Part shown: piece after piece, positions 10,675 to 22,160 of the stretch | How the letters are laid out: each line of letters opens with the position of its first letter | How positions within the stretch are numbered: position 1 is the first letter of the stretch | Assembly: GCA_965206595.1 (NCBI GenBank) | Contig: OZ242214.1 | Coordinates: 6,432,001-6,496,000 of the forward strand | Reading direction: 5' to 3' | DNA: 64,000 nucleotides | Source of the DNA: Candidatus Latescibacterota bacterium | GTDB lineage: Bacteria; Latescibacterota; UBA2968; UBA8231 | Translations under genes and position numbers: made by a program | The notes under the pieces: generated by a model | The model's database searches: none | The model's input: only the letters and a program-made list of their open reading frames with translations | Told to the model about the DNA's origin: nothing

Positions 10675-11925
10675 TTACCCGGCCGCCTCGACGGTCTCCT
10701 GCGCGGGCTCGACGACGTTGTAGAGGCTGTCCCTTTCCACCGGCTCGCGTCCGGCCTCGACGATGCGGTCGAGAAGCTCCTTGCGCGACAGGCGCTGCCG
10801 CGTCTCCTCGAAGCTGCGCCTAGTGATCTCGTAGTCCATCACCGTGCCGTCGATGTCGTTGGCGCCGTACCACAGGGCGACCTGCGAGACCTCGATCGTG
10901 TTCATGATCCAGAAGGTCTTGATGTGCGGGAAGTTGTCGAGCATCAGGCGCCCGACGGCGATCTCCTTGAGATCGAGAGCTCCTGAGGGTCCGGGCAGAT
11001 GGTCGATGGCGGTGCGCTCGGGGTGGAAGGAGAGCGGGATGTAGGCGAGGAAGCCGCCGGTCTCCTCCTGGAGATCGCGCAGACGCGCCAGGTGGTAGAC
11101 CTTCTCCCCAGTGTTCTCGACGTGCCCGTAGAGCATGGTGGCGTTGGTCGGCAACCCGGCCCGGTGGGCGGCGGCGGCGATGCGCAGCCAGTCCTCGCTG
11201 TCGGACTTGGTCCAGAAGAGGTCCTCGTGGACGCGGTCGCTGAAGACCTCGGCGCCGCCTCCCGGTATCGACTCCAGCCCGGCCTCCTTCAGGTCGACGA
11301 GCACCTCTTCGAGAGAACGTTTTGCGATGCGCTGGATCTGGGCCAGCTCGATCATCGTGAACGCCTTGAGGTGCGCCTGGGGCCTGGCCTCCTTCATCGC
11401 CCTCAGCAAATCGAGGTAGTACTCGTAGGGCAGCCTGGGATTGACTCCGCCTACCATGTGGATCTCGGTGATCGGGGCATCGGCGTACTCCCGCACCCGG
11501 GCGGCGGCCTGCTGCGGCTGCAGGACGTAGCCGCCCTCGTCCTTCGGGGTGACGTAGAAGGAGCAGAACTTGCACAGCTTGTTGCAGATGTTGGTGTAGT
11601 TGACGTGCTGGTTGCGCACGTAGTAGGTCGCGTCTCCGTGCAGGCGCTCGCGCACTATGTTGGCGAGCCAGGCGAGGACGGGAAGGTCGTCGCAGGCGTA
11701 CAGGCTCACGCCGTCGTCGAAGGTCAGGCGCTCACCCTCGGCGACCTTGCGATGGATTCCGGTCAGTCCGGCGGTCGCGACTGCTGCCTCGAAGCTCAAA
11801 ATCGTTCTGTCTGTGGGGAGTGAGGGCAGCGAGAGCTTCCGCCGCGGTTCGAATTGGGATCGGCGGTCGCCTGGCGGCGTCCGCAACCATCGCAAAAGTA
11901 TATCCCCCGGGAGGGGGTGGGTCAA
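10675..11925 (-). CDS. mqnE: Aminofutalosine synthase MqnE (radical SAM; true start probably ~11800)
   Basis: NYTNICNKLCKFCSF, GGGAEVF, NATMLYGH, HIKTFW, GANDIDGT. Confidence 0.88.
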   Translation of the reverse strand: MTHPLPGDILLRWLRTPPGDRRSQFEPRRKLSLPSLPTDRTILSFEAAVATAGLTGIHRKVAEGERLTFDDGVSLYACDDLPVLAWLANIVRERLHGDATYYVRNQHVNYTNICNKLCKFCSFYVTPKDEGGYVLQPQQAAARVREYADAPITEIHMVGGVNPRLPYEYYLDLLRAMKEARPQAHLKAFTMIELAQIQRIAKRSLEEVLVDLKEAGLESIPGGGAEVFSDRVHEDLFWTKSDSEDWLRIAAAAHRAGLPTNATMLYGHVENTGEKVYHLARLRDLQEETGGFLAYIPLSFHPERTAIDHLPGPSGALDLKEIAVGRLMLDNFPHIKTFWIMNTIEVSQVALWYGANDIDGTVMDYEITRRSFEETRQRLSRKELLDRIVEAGREPVERDSLYNVVEPAQETVEAAG

Positions 11926-12671
11926 TCGGATTTGCGGCCCTGGTAGACGGCGCAGATACCCAGGGTCAGGGCGGTCGCCTTCGTGTCGGTGAACCCGGCC
12001 GCTTCCATCAGCTCGAGGAACCCCTTCCCCTGCGGAAAGCTGCCGACCGAGCGCGGCAGGTAGGAATAGGCCTCCCTGTTGCCGGAGATCAGCCCGCCGA
12101 CGAGCGGCAGCACGCGGTGGAAGTAGAAGCCGTAGAGCTGGCGGAACCCCGGCAGGGTCGGCTCGGTGAACTCGAGCACGATCACCTCGCCGCCGGGCCG
12201 CAGAACGCGCTCAGCCTCGGCGAGGCCGGCGCCGAGGCTGCCGAAGTTGCGCGCCCCGAAGGCGACGGTGACGAGGTCGAAGCAGCGGTCGCGGAAGGGC
12301 AGCATCTCCGCGTCCCCCGCCATCAGGACGGGGCCCGTTTTGCCTGCCCCCCCGAGCTTGGTTCGGGCGATGCGGACCATGTCGATGGCGACATCCACCC
12401 CGACGACCCGCCCGGGAGCGAGGCGCCCGGCGGCGCGCGCGAAATCCCCGGTGCCGGTGGCGAGGTCGAGGACCCGGGCGGGGCCTCGGCGGCGCACCGC
12501 GGCAAGGGCCCGGCGGCGCCAGTACAGGTCGACGCCGCAGCTCAGCAGGTGGTTGAGCAGATCGTAGCGCCCGGCAATGGCGTTGAACATCTGCTGAATT
12601 CGCCGCTTGCGAGCCCGTACCAATTCCGTATCGTCAGCCACGACCGCCCCGTTGAACGTGTTGAACCTCAT
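11922..12671 (-). CDS. menG: Demethylmenaquinone methyltransferase MenG/UbiE
   Basis: MFNAIAGRYDLLNHLLS, LDLATGTGD, AFGARN, AYSYL. Confidence 0.9.
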   Translation of the reverse strand: MRFNTFNGAVVADDTELVRARKRRIQQMFNAIAGRYDLLNHLLSCGVDLYWRRRALAAVRRRGPARVLDLATGTGDFARAAGRLAPGRVVGVDVAIDMVRIARTKLGGAGKTGPVLMAGDAEMLPFRDRCFDLVTVAFGARNFGSLGAGLAEAERVLRPGGEVIVLEFTEPTLPGFRQLYGFYFHRVLPLVGGLISGNREAYSYLPRSVGSFPQGKGFLELMEAAGFTDTKATALTLGICAVYQGRKSD

Positions 12672-12711
12672 CGAGCCGCGGCAACCCTATCCCGCGGCAA
12701 GAGGCCTGTCA

Positions 12712-13500
12712 ATGAACCAAAGCAGTGGGCAAGAGCCCGGCGAGGGACGCAGCGAGCGGGAGATCCTGCTCGGCGACCGGATGGCCGCCCTCGGCCGGCT
12801 CGCCGCCTCGGTCGCCCACGAAGTCCGCAACCCCCTCGGCGCCATCGACATCCAGCTGCAGTTGCTGCAGGAGGAGCTGCGGGCAGGAGGCGGTACCGCG
12901 GAGCGCGCCGGCGAGCGCCTCGACACGGCGCGGGCGGAGCTGCGGCGGCTCGACAGGATCGTGCAGAACTTCCTGCGCTTCTCGCGCCCGCCGGCGCTAC
13001 ACCTCGCCCGGGTATCGCTAGCCGAGCTGCTGGCGCGGCTCCGCGAGCTGATCGAACCGGAGGCGCGCGAGCGCGGAATCGCCCTGGGGCTGCGCCTCGA
13101 CGAAGAGGGGGAGGCCGCGGTCATAGACGCCGACGAGAACCTGCTGAGTCAGGCGTTCCTCAACCTCCTGATCAACGCCCTGCAAGCCTGCGACGGCACC
13201 GGCGGGGAGCGCCGCCGCAGCGCCGCGGGGGTCGAGATCGGCCTGCGCGTCCCCGACGACCGCAGCGCCCTGGTGACCATCGGCGACCGCGGTTGCGGCA
13301 TACCGCGAGGCGATCTGGAGAGGATCTTCGAGTACTACTATACTACGAAGGACACGGGCACCGGACTGGGGCTCTCCATCGCCCAACGGATTGTCGACCA
13401 GCACCAGGGCAGCCTCGAAGTGGAGAGCGAGGAGGGAGCGGGAACCACGGTGTCCGTACGACTTCCCCTCACGGTTTCAGCGGAAAAACCACTCGGATGA
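12712..13500 (+). CDS. Histidine kinase (HisKA + HATPase only, no sensor domain)
   Basis: AHEVRNPL H-box, NLLINA, DRGCGI, TTKDTGTGLGL. Confidence 0.85.
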   Translation: MNQSSGQEPGEGRSEREILLGDRMAALGRLAASVAHEVRNPLGAIDIQLQLLQEELRAGGGTAERAGERLDTARAELRRLDRIVQNFLRFSRPPALHLARVSLAELLARLRELIEPEARERGIALGLRLDEEGEAAVIDADENLLSQAFLNLLINALQACDGTGGERRRSAAGVEIGLRVPDDRSALVTIGDRGCGIPRGDLERIFEYYYTTKDTGTGLGLSIAQRIVDQHQGSLEVESEEGAGTTVSVRLPLTVSAEKPLG

Positions 13501-14888
13501 AAGACCACAGCAACTCGCGGGCGCGCCTCCTCATCGCCGATGACGAGGTCTTCATCCGCGAGGGGCTGCAGGACGCCCTGCGGGAGCCGGGCCTCGACCT
13601 CCAGACCGCCGCGGACGGCCGCGAAGTGCGCCGCCGGCTGCGCAAGGGGGCCTTCGACGTCATCCTCCTCGACCTGCGCATGCCGGGGGTCTCCGGCATG
13701 GACCTGCTCGAGGAAATCCACGAGCAGCACCCGGAATCGAACGTCGTCATCCTCACAGCCCACGGCAGCGTCAACACCGCGGTCGAGGCGATGAAGAAGG
13801 GGGCCTTCGATTTCGTCACCAAGCCGGTCGACCTTACCCACGTCCGCCTCATCGTCAGCCGCGCCCTCGACCGCGTCCGGCTCGTACGCGAGAACCGCGA
13901 GCTGCACGACCGCCTCGGGCGCGGAGACAGCGACGACCCGTTCCGGCGCATCGTGCGCCGCAGCGCTTCCATGCAGCAGGCGACACGTACGGTAAAGCAG
14001 GTGGCCCTGTCCGACGTCCCGGTGCTGCTCAGGGGGGAGACCGGGTCCGGCAAGGAGCTGATCGCACGCACGATCCACGAGCGCAGCCGCCGGCGCGAGG
14101 GGCCGTTCGTTGCCGTCAACTGCGGCGGCTTCACCCAGGACCTGTTCGGCAGCGAGCTGTTCGGGCACAAGCGCGGGGCTTTCACAGGAGCCCACGTCGA
14201 CCGGCCGGGCCGCTTCGCGCTGGCCGAGAAGGGCACCCTGTTCCTCGACGAAGTCGGCGAAATTCCCCTGAAGAACCAGGTCGAGCTACTGCGCGCCCTC
14301 GAGAACCGCGAGTTCCAGCCGCTCGGCGACACCAAGGTCCACAAGGCGGACGTGCGCGTCATCGCCGCCACCAACCGCCACCTCGAAACCGCAGTCAGCG
14401 AGGGCGAGTTCCGCGAGGACCTCTTCTACCGCCTGAACGTCGTGCCGATCGAAGTCCCCCCTCTCAGGGAGCGGCGCGAGGACATCCCCCTGCTCGTCGA
14501 GACCTTCTTCGACGAGGCCTGCCGGGCCTACGATCAGCCCCGCAAGAAAGCCGGCAAGGAGGCCGTCGATCTCTTCGTCTCCTACTACTGGCCGGGAAAC
14601 GTGCGCGAGCTGCGCAACGTTATCCAGCGGCTGGTGATAACCTGCCCCGAGACCATCATCGAGCCGCAGCATCTGCGCGAGGCTCTGGGCGAGGCCGCGG
14701 TCGACCAGCCTGGCGCCGTAACGGGGGAATTCACCATCTCCCTCGGCTCCTCCATCGAGGACGTCGAAGCGGAGCTGATCCGGCAGACGCTGCAGCGGGT
14801 AACCTCCAACCGCCGCGAGGCCGCGGAGATGCTGGGAATCAGCGTGCGCTCCCTGCAGTACAAGCTCAAGCAGTACAAGCTGACCTGA
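13497..14888 (+). CDS. sigma-54-dependent response regulator (REC-AAA-HTH, NtrC/AtoC family)
   Basis: ADDE/DLRMP receiver, GETGSGKE, GAFTGA, WPGNVREL; ATGA overlap with the kinase stop. Confidence 0.93.
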   Translation: MKDHSNSRARLLIADDEVFIREGLQDALREPGLDLQTAADGREVRRRLRKGAFDVILLDLRMPGVSGMDLLEEIHEQHPESNVVILTAHGSVNTAVEAMKKGAFDFVTKPVDLTHVRLIVSRALDRVRLVRENRELHDRLGRGDSDDPFRRIVRRSASMQQATRTVKQVALSDVPVLLRGETGSGKELIARTIHERSRRREGPFVAVNCGGFTQDLFGSELFGHKRGAFTGAHVDRPGRFALAEKGTLFLDEVGEIPLKNQVELLRALENREFQPLGDTKVHKADVRVIAATNRHLETAVSEGEFREDLFYRLNVVPIEVPPLRERREDIPLLVETFFDEACRAYDQPRKKAGKEAVDLFVSYYWPGNVRELRNVIQRLVITCPETIIEPQHLREALGEAAVDQPGAVTGEFTISLGSSIEDVEAELIRQTLQRVTSNRREAAEMLGISVRSLQYKLKQYKLT

Positions 14889-15027
14889 TCCTCTTGCGCA
14901 TGAATGCAATTCTTGCACCAAACTCCCCCTACCGTGTGCAGCATCGCAGGCACAAGGTCGAAGCGCCCTACCGGTAATTCGCGTAACACAAGAAAAAACA
15001 GCAAATAAACAGTACTATCGCCCCCCG

Positions 15028-15043
15028 TGGCACCGAGTTTGCA
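15028..15043 (+). promoter_or_regulatory. sigma-54 promoter
   Basis: TGGCACCGAGTTTGCA (GG-N10-GC); TGCA-N5-TGCA palindrome ~14903-14916 upstream. Confidence 0.8.
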
Positions 15044-15265
15044 GCGTTCTTTTCCGGCCGGGAGCTCATGCGGTCCCCGGCCGAACCAGGTTCCGAAAAC
15101 GACGGCGGTTCCGCCCGTCAGGCCCTTGAATCCCACCGCGCCGGTTCGTTCAGCGACACGCCGGCCGGAGCAGGCACGATATCCCTCTCGATACTGCGCA
15201 AATTATGCAGCCCTCGAACGCCGGCAGTTCGATCTTCGTAGGGTCATAATAAACAACCGGTTACG

Positions 15266-15877
15266 ATGATTTTTAGCGACGCCCTGGACAGCGACGCAGA
15301 TTTTGCAGCAGACAGCCCTTCGGGGACCATCACCGCCATGCCCGGACTGCTCGAAAAGACCATGATGGTCCCCCGCCTCCGCTCCGATTCCAAGATCGGG
15401 GCCATCAAACAGCTCGTTGACCGCCTCTACCGCGGCGGGCTGCTCAACGACAGCCTCAGCTTCCTGCAGGCGGTTCTCGAACGGGAGAACCTCGACAGCA
15501 CGGTGATCGGAGGCACTATCGCCCTGCCCCATGCCCGCGCCCGCAGCGTCACCGGCCTGGGGATGGCGTTGGGTGTGTGCGAGGAGCCGATCTACTATCC
15601 GAGCGGCGACGACCTCTGCGCGGTGCGGGCGGTCTGCGTGATCGCCGTGCCGATGGACTCACCGCGCCAGTACCTCGGTCTGCTCTCCCACCTCGCCTGG
15701 GCTTTCGGCGACAGGGACTTCATGCACCGCCTTCTCGCCGCCCCCTCGGCGCAGGGGATGAGCGAGTTGATGTCGGCCCGGTTGAGCGTTGCCGGCGAGA
15801 GAACAGCGGCCAACGTCGGGGGATTCCTCCCCGCAGGCGCCGCCGTTGCGGGCGCGAGCCCGGGAGCCGGCGGATAG
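15266..15877 (+). CDS. PTS IIA-like (fructose/Ntr type) protein (start may be ATG 15338)
   Basis: AVLERENLDSTVIGGTIALPHAR phospho-His motif. Confidence 0.85.
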   Translation: MIFSDALDSDADFAADSPSGTITAMPGLLEKTMMVPRLRSDSKIGAIKQLVDRLYRGGLLNDSLSFLQAVLERENLDSTVIGGTIALPHARARSVTGLGMALGVCEEPIYYPSGDDLCAVRAVCVIAVPMDSPRQYLGLLSHLAWAFGDRDFMHRLLAAPSAQGMSELMSARLSVAGERTAANVGGFLPAGAAVAGASPGAGG

Positions 15878-16729
15878 ATGGCCTACTCCAAAAGATTCAG
15901 GGAAGAAGAAGGCTCGCTACGCCTCTATTTCGAGGACCTCGGCGATTCGACCCCGCTGACGCGGGAACGGGAGGTCGAGCTCTCGGAGCGGATCAAGGCG
16001 GGAGACCTGCAGGCCCGGAACGAGCTGGTGCAGGCGAATCTCCGCTTCGTCATCGACGTCGCCAAGCAGTACCAGAACCGAGGCCTGGGATTGTCCGACC
16101 TGATCAGCGCCGGAAACCTCGGGCTGATGAGGGCCGCGGAGCGTTTCGACGGCGAGCGCGGCTTCAAGTTCATCTCCTACGCCGTCTGGTGGATCAGGCA
16201 GTCGATCCAGCAGGCGATCGCCGACCACGGCCGCACCGTGCGCCTGCCCCTCGACAAGCTCGCCCTGCTCAAGAACATCCGCAAAGCGTCCATGCGGCTC
16301 GGCACCGATCGCGAGTCCGAGCCGTACATTGAGGAGATCGCCCAGGAGCTCGAACTGCCCGAGGAGGATGTCCTCGACGCGATTCTGAGCGCCCGCAGCG
16401 TGCGCTCGCTGGACGAGAGCTTCGAAGAGGACGGGGACCGCGGCCTCCTGAGCGTCCTCGTCGACGAGAGTCAGGTCTCGCCGGACTCCGACCTGATGGA
16501 GGACTCGTCGCGCAGCCGGATAGAGGAGATCCTCGCCAGCCTCGACGAGCGCGAGCTGCTCATCATCAGGCTGTACTACGGGTTCGGCGGCAACGAAGGA
16601 ATGAGCCTGGAGAAGATCGGCGGGCGCTTGAACCTGACCAGGGAGCGGGTCCGGCAGCTCAAGGAACGCGCCCTTAACAAGCTGCGGCATCCCAGCCGCT
16701 ACAACGCGCTGATGGCGGTCTGCGACTAA
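15878..16729 (+). CDS. RNA polymerase sigma-70 factor, RpoD/RpoS-like, lacking region 1.1
   Basis: ANLRFVIDVAKQY, DLISAGNLGL, KFISYAVWWIRQ, TRERVRQ. Confidence 0.93.
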   Translation: MAYSKRFREEEGSLRLYFEDLGDSTPLTREREVELSERIKAGDLQARNELVQANLRFVIDVAKQYQNRGLGLSDLISAGNLGLMRAAERFDGERGFKFISYAVWWIRQSIQQAIADHGRTVRLPLDKLALLKNIRKASMRLGTDRESEPYIEEIAQELELPEEDVLDAILSARSVRSLDESFEEDGDRGLLSVLVDESQVSPDSDLMEDSSRSRIEEILASLDERELLIIRLYYGFGGNEGMSLEKIGGRLNLTRERVRQLKERALNKLRHPSRYNALMAVCD

Positions 16730-16773
16730 TCGCCGATCCCCGGGCATAGCGCCCCGGACAGGGGCCTCGGCAG

Positions 16774-16811
16774 ACGAGCCGGAAATCCCGGATCCCGGCT
16801 CGTTTTTCTTT
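16774..16811 (+). terminator. Probable intrinsic terminator
   Basis: ACGAGCCGG...CCGGCTCGT followed by a T-rich tract. Confidence 0.55.
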
Positions 16812-16840
16812 GGTCCCGGGGGGCAGACCCGGCAGGTGAC

Positions 16841-17410
16841 ATGAACGGAACTACCCGGAACATCTGCGTGTACTGCGGCTCGAAGTTCGGCCGCGGGGAG
16901 GAGTACCGGCGCGAGGCCGAGGCCCTGGGCAGCGCCATCGCCCGCCTGGGAACGGGGTTGGTGTACGGGGGTGGCGACGTCGGGCTGATGGGGGTTGTCG
17001 CCGGGTCCGCTCTCGCCGCCGGGGGCCGCGTCGTCGGGGTGATCCCCCGGGCCCTGCAGGAGCAGGAGCTCGCCCACGGAAAGCTGCACGAGCTGATCGT
17101 CGCCGGGGACATGCACGAGCGCAAGGCGCTCATGGCCGCCCGCGCCGACGCCTTCGCGGCGTTGCCGGGGGCCTACGGCACACTGGAGGAGCTGTTCGAG
17201 GTCCTCGCCTGGTCACAGCTCGGTTTCCACGCCAAACCGGTGGGCCTGCTCAACACGGGCGGCTACTTCGACCACCTGGTCGCCTTCCTCGACGAGGCGG
17301 TCGAGCGGCAGTTCCTCAGCCCCGGAAACCGGTCGCTGCTGCGCGTCGAAACCGACCCCGTGGCCCTCGTCCGGGCGCTCGCGGCGGATCCTGGCGCCGG
17401 GAGCGGGTGA
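16841..17410 (+). CDS. LOG family (TIGR00730-type) nucleotide phosphoribohydrolase
   Basis: VYGGG.VGLMG, MHERK, PGAYGTLEE. Confidence 0.92.
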   Translation: MNGTTRNICVYCGSKFGRGEEYRREAEALGSAIARLGTGLVYGGGDVGLMGVVAGSALAAGGRVVGVIPRALQEQELAHGKLHELIVAGDMHERKALMAARADAFAALPGAYGTLEELFEVLAWSQLGFHAKPVGLLNTGGYFDHLVAFLDEAVERQFLSPGNRSLLRVETDPVALVRALAADPGAGSG

Positions 17411-17449
17411 GGATTCCTGGTCGGGTGTGCCCCGGAGCGGGAGGCGGGG

Positions 17450-18208
17450 CTACATCCCCTTGAGGCGGTCGCGGATGGTCGCGGCGCGCTCGAAGTCCTC
17501 GCGCTCAACCGCCTCCTGCAGGGCGCGCCTGAGCTTCTCTTCCTTGCTGAGCGGCTTGTTCTCCTGCAGCTCCTCTTCGAGCTCGTCGAGCGCCTGCAGC
17601 GAGCGTTCCTTCTCGGCGAAGAACTCCTCCGCCTCGACCTCGGGCAGGTCGTCGATCTCTTCGCGCGCCCGCCCGACCAGGACGAGGGCCTCGTCGTAGT
17701 CGCCGTTACGGGAGGCGAGCTTCGCCTTGGCGGCCGCGTGGATACGCAGGACGTAGGGCCACCACTTCTGGAGGTTCATGCGGTCGTCTTCGTGCGAGGC
17801 GTAGCGGTGCACGAAGCGGAACAGCTCCATGTTGCGCTCGGTATCCCTGATGACGCGGTCGTAGTCCTTGAGCTGCAGCAGGAAGACGTAGCGGCCGTAC
17901 ACCCGGGCCCCCTCGTCGAACAGCTCCTGGCAGCTTTCGCGGCCGAGGCTGAAGCCGTCGTCGCGCCCGGAATTGCGGCTCCGGTAGCTCTCCAAGGCGC
18001 CGCGGTAGTGGTCGAGGACGAAGTCGGAATCGTGCGGCCGCTTGCCGTCGGGACGCCCGTCGAGATTCAGCTGCAGGATGCCCTGGAAGGCTCCCTGGTC
18101 GACCCGAACCTGGATCTTCTGAATGCCGTCGTCCCCGACAATCTTGCGGACGTTCGAGTCCGGATCGTACTCCCAGTTCTCCAACAGCTTGAGCAGATCC
18201 TTGTCCAT
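17450..18208 (-). CDS. Conserved protein with C-terminal UVR motif
   Basis: C-terminal LQEAVEREDFERAATIRDRL; N-terminal DGRPDG motif. Confidence 0.7.
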   Translation of the reverse strand: MDKDLLKLLENWEYDPDSNVRKIVGDDGIQKIQVRVDQGAFQGILQLNLDGRPDGKRPHDSDFVLDHYRGALESYRSRNSGRDDGFSLGRESCQELFDEGARVYGRYVFLLQLKDYDRVIRDTERNMELFRFVHRYASHEDDRMNLQKWWPYVLRIHAAAKAKLASRNGDYDEALVLVGRAREEIDDLPEVEAEEFFAEKERSLQALDELEEELQENKPLSKEEKLRRALQEAVEREDFERAATIRDRLKGM

Positions 18209-18303
18209 GGCATTACCTGCGGGATAGCAGCAGTCCTGGTCCGACAGCTGCCGTACGATATCCCGGCACCCGGCAAAAGTCAACCGGCGGTCCGGGGGAG
18301 CTT

Positions 18304-18353
18304 TTGACATCCTCCGGATGCGTCCATATCCTGGAATACTACATTTTTGTAGT
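18304..18353 (+). promoter_or_regulatory. sigma-70 promoter plus palindromic operator of the NifA-like gene
   Basis: TTGACA (18304)-N17-TATCCT (18327), then ACTACA-TTTT-TGTAGT (18338-18353) over the expected +1. Confidence 0.65.
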
Positions 18354-18428
18354 CAATTTTGTTTGAATCGACGATTTTGGCGCTTCGCCGAAAGTCGCAC
18401 CGTTACCTCTACGGAAAGGTGGCCTGTC

Positions 18429-19970
<1,542 letters not shown>

Positions 19971-20130
19971 TACCTTGGCCGGACTGCCCGGAATCAGCCT
20001 CCGCGGCATCCCCGAACCGGGCTGTTTCCTTCAGACCGGCACACCCGCGCGGACATCTCCCGAGGCATCCGTTGCGAGCCCACACAAGGTGCTCCTCGCG
20101 GAAAAACGGACTCCCCCCTTTCCGGATTTC

Positions 20131-20280
20131 TACAATTTTGTCCTATTAAAGCTGTATAGTGACATAATTGTATCTGTCTTTCGCCGCAGTCGAAATGCGG
20201 ACAGACGAGTCCAACCTGTTGTAAAAACGGGACTTGCGTTTTCTGTACGGAAAACCCCCACGTCTGGCACCAAGTTTGCA
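20131..20280 (+). promoter_or_regulatory. amtB promoter: paired ACA-N4-TGT boxes, IHF-like site, sigma-54 -24/-12
   Basis: TACAATTTTGTC 20131, GACATAATTGTA 20161, TGGCACCAAGTTTGCA 20265-20280. Confidence 0.8.
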
Positions 20281-20355
20281 TCGGGTGTGGCTGTGATCGG
20301 TCACGCGATATCGATCGTACCATCCTTTTCCAAACCGCATCGAAAGGAGTCGCGA

Positions 20356-21588
20356 ATGCGGACCCTGTTCGTTCCTCTGGCACTGGCCGCGGCGATGGCG
20401 CCGGCCGCTGCCGCTGCCGAAACCCCGGACATCGCCACTCAGCTCTCCGGACTCGCGTCCCAGATCGACTGGTACTGGACCTGTGTAGCCGCCTTCCTCG
20501 TGTTCTTCATGCAGGCGGGATTCGCCCTCGTCGAGTCCGGGTTCACGCGCGCCAAGAACACCGTCAACATCCTGATGAAGAACCTGATGGACTTCTCCGT
20601 CGGGGCCATCGCCTTCTGGGCCGTCGGTTTCGGGCTGATGTTCAGCGCCACCACCGGGCTCTTCGGCTGGGGGGAGTTCTTCCCCAACCCCGACGTCAAC
20701 GCCTTCGGTGAAGATCCGAACTGGATGTACTCCTTTCTGATCTTCCAGACCGTGTTCGCGGCCACCGCGGCGACCATCGTTTCCGGCGCCATGGCGGAGC
20801 GCACCCGGTTCTCCTCCTATCTCATCTACAGCGTCGTCATCACCGGGATCATCTACCCGATCACCGGTTCCTGGGCCTGGGGCGGACTCTGGCACGGCGG
20901 CGGCTGGCTCGAGGGGCTGGGGTTCGTCGACTTCGCCGGCTCCACCGTCGTCCACAGCGTCGGCGGCTGGGCCGCCCTGGCAGGTGCCATCGTTCTCGGG
21001 GCGCGCAAGGGCAAGTTCAACCCCGACGGCAGCGCCAACGCCATCGTCGGCCACAGCATGCCGCTGGCCGCCATGGGGGTGTTCATCCTCTGGCTCGGCT
21101 GGTTCGGCTTCAACGCCGGCTGCTACACGATGACCCCGATCGGGGGGCTGCTGACCGGTTTCCTCGCGGGAATCCTGGTGGTCTTCTCCGTCCTCTTTTT
21201 CGACAGGATCAAGGTCGACGATCCGGTGGGCGCCATCTCCGTGCACGGGGTGTGCGGCGCCTGGGGCACCTTCGCCTGCGCCATTCCCCTCTTCTGCCGG
21301 CCCGGCGAGGCCGCCAGCGTCGCCACCCAGCTGACCGGCATCGGCGCCATCTTCCTCTTCACCTTCGTCGCCTCCCTCGCCCTGTTCTCGACGATCAAGG
21401 CGACCTTCGGCCTCAGGGTCTCTCCGGAGGACGAGGAGGAGGGCCTCGACCTCGCCGAGCACGGCATGAGCGCCTACCACGATCAGTCGCTCGACTCCCT
21501 GATCAAGGCGGCCGGAGCCGCCGAGGGCGGCAGGATCGTCATCGAGCCGGCACCGCGGGGTGCCGGCGTCAACCCCGAAACCACCTGA
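20356..21588 (+). CDS. amtB: Ammonium transporter AmtB with apparent internal in-frame deletion
   Basis: FMQAGFALVESG, DFAGSTVVH, WFGFN, DDPVGAISVHG; RBS AAGGAG. Confidence 0.92.
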   Translation: MRTLFVPLALAAAMAPAAAAAETPDIATQLSGLASQIDWYWTCVAAFLVFFMQAGFALVESGFTRAKNTVNILMKNLMDFSVGAIAFWAVGFGLMFSATTGLFGWGEFFPNPDVNAFGEDPNWMYSFLIFQTVFAATAATIVSGAMAERTRFSSYLIYSVVITGIIYPITGSWAWGGLWHGGGWLEGLGFVDFAGSTVVHSVGGWAALAGAIVLGARKGKFNPDGSANAIVGHSMPLAAMGVFILWLGWFGFNAGCYTMTPIGGLLTGFLAGILVVFSVLFFDRIKVDDPVGAISVHGVCGAWGTFACAIPLFCRPGEAASVATQLTGIGAIFLFTFVASLALFSTIKATFGLRVSPEDEEEGLDLAEHGMSAYHDQSLDSLIKAAGAAEGGRIVIEPAPRGAGVNPETT

Positions 21589-21618
21589 AGGCCTCGGAGC
21601 CCGAAGGAAGGAGAGAGC

Positions 21619-21957
21619 ATGTACAAGATCGAAGCGTTCCTGCGTCCCAACGCCCTGGAGAAGGTCCAGGAGGGGCTCGCCGGAATCGGTATCGCGGGGA
21701 TGTCGGTGCTGGAGGTGCGGGGATTCGGCCGCCAGCGCGGCCACCGCGAGATCTACCGGGGAGCCGAATACGCCGTCGACTTCGTCTCCAAGATCAAGAT
21801 CGAGATCGTGGTCAGGGAGAACGAGCGCGACCAGGCGGTGTCGAAGATCGCCGAGGCCGCCCAGACCGGAAACGTCGGCGACGGCAAGGTGTTCGTCGTG
21901 CCGGTCGACCAAGCCGTGCGCATCCGCACCGGGGAGACCGGGGACAGCGCCCTGTAG
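21619..21957 (+). CDS. glnK: P-II nitrogen regulatory protein
   Basis: GFGRQRG, YRGAEY, TGNVGDGKVFV; 112 aa, directly after amtB. Confidence 0.93.
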   Translation: MYKIEAFLRPNALEKVQEGLAGIGIAGMSVLEVRGFGRQRGHREIYRGAEYAVDFVSKIKIEIVVRENERDQAVSKIAEAAQTGNVGDGKVFVVPVDQAVRIRTGETGDSAL

Positions 21958-22160
21958 GTCGCGACCAGGAGCCGGAGACCGCCGCCGCCGCCCGCCAGAA
22001 TCCACCTCCCGTGGGTACTCAAGGGTGCAGTACCAGGGTGGCGGCGGCGCTCCTTTACCAAAGCTCCTATCTATAAACGGAATTAAACCTTTTCATTAAG
22101 CACCAATCCCTTGAGCCCGGCACCTGCAAGGGGTGTCATACACCAAACAGGAGGAGAAAG

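Noticed and set aside
11820-13496. 5' extension of the 1022-aa ORF, and other long antisense or alternate-frame ORFs (e.g. 5473-7611, 2652-4406)
   Set aside because: Shadow ORFs typical of high-GC DNA that overlap well-supported genes
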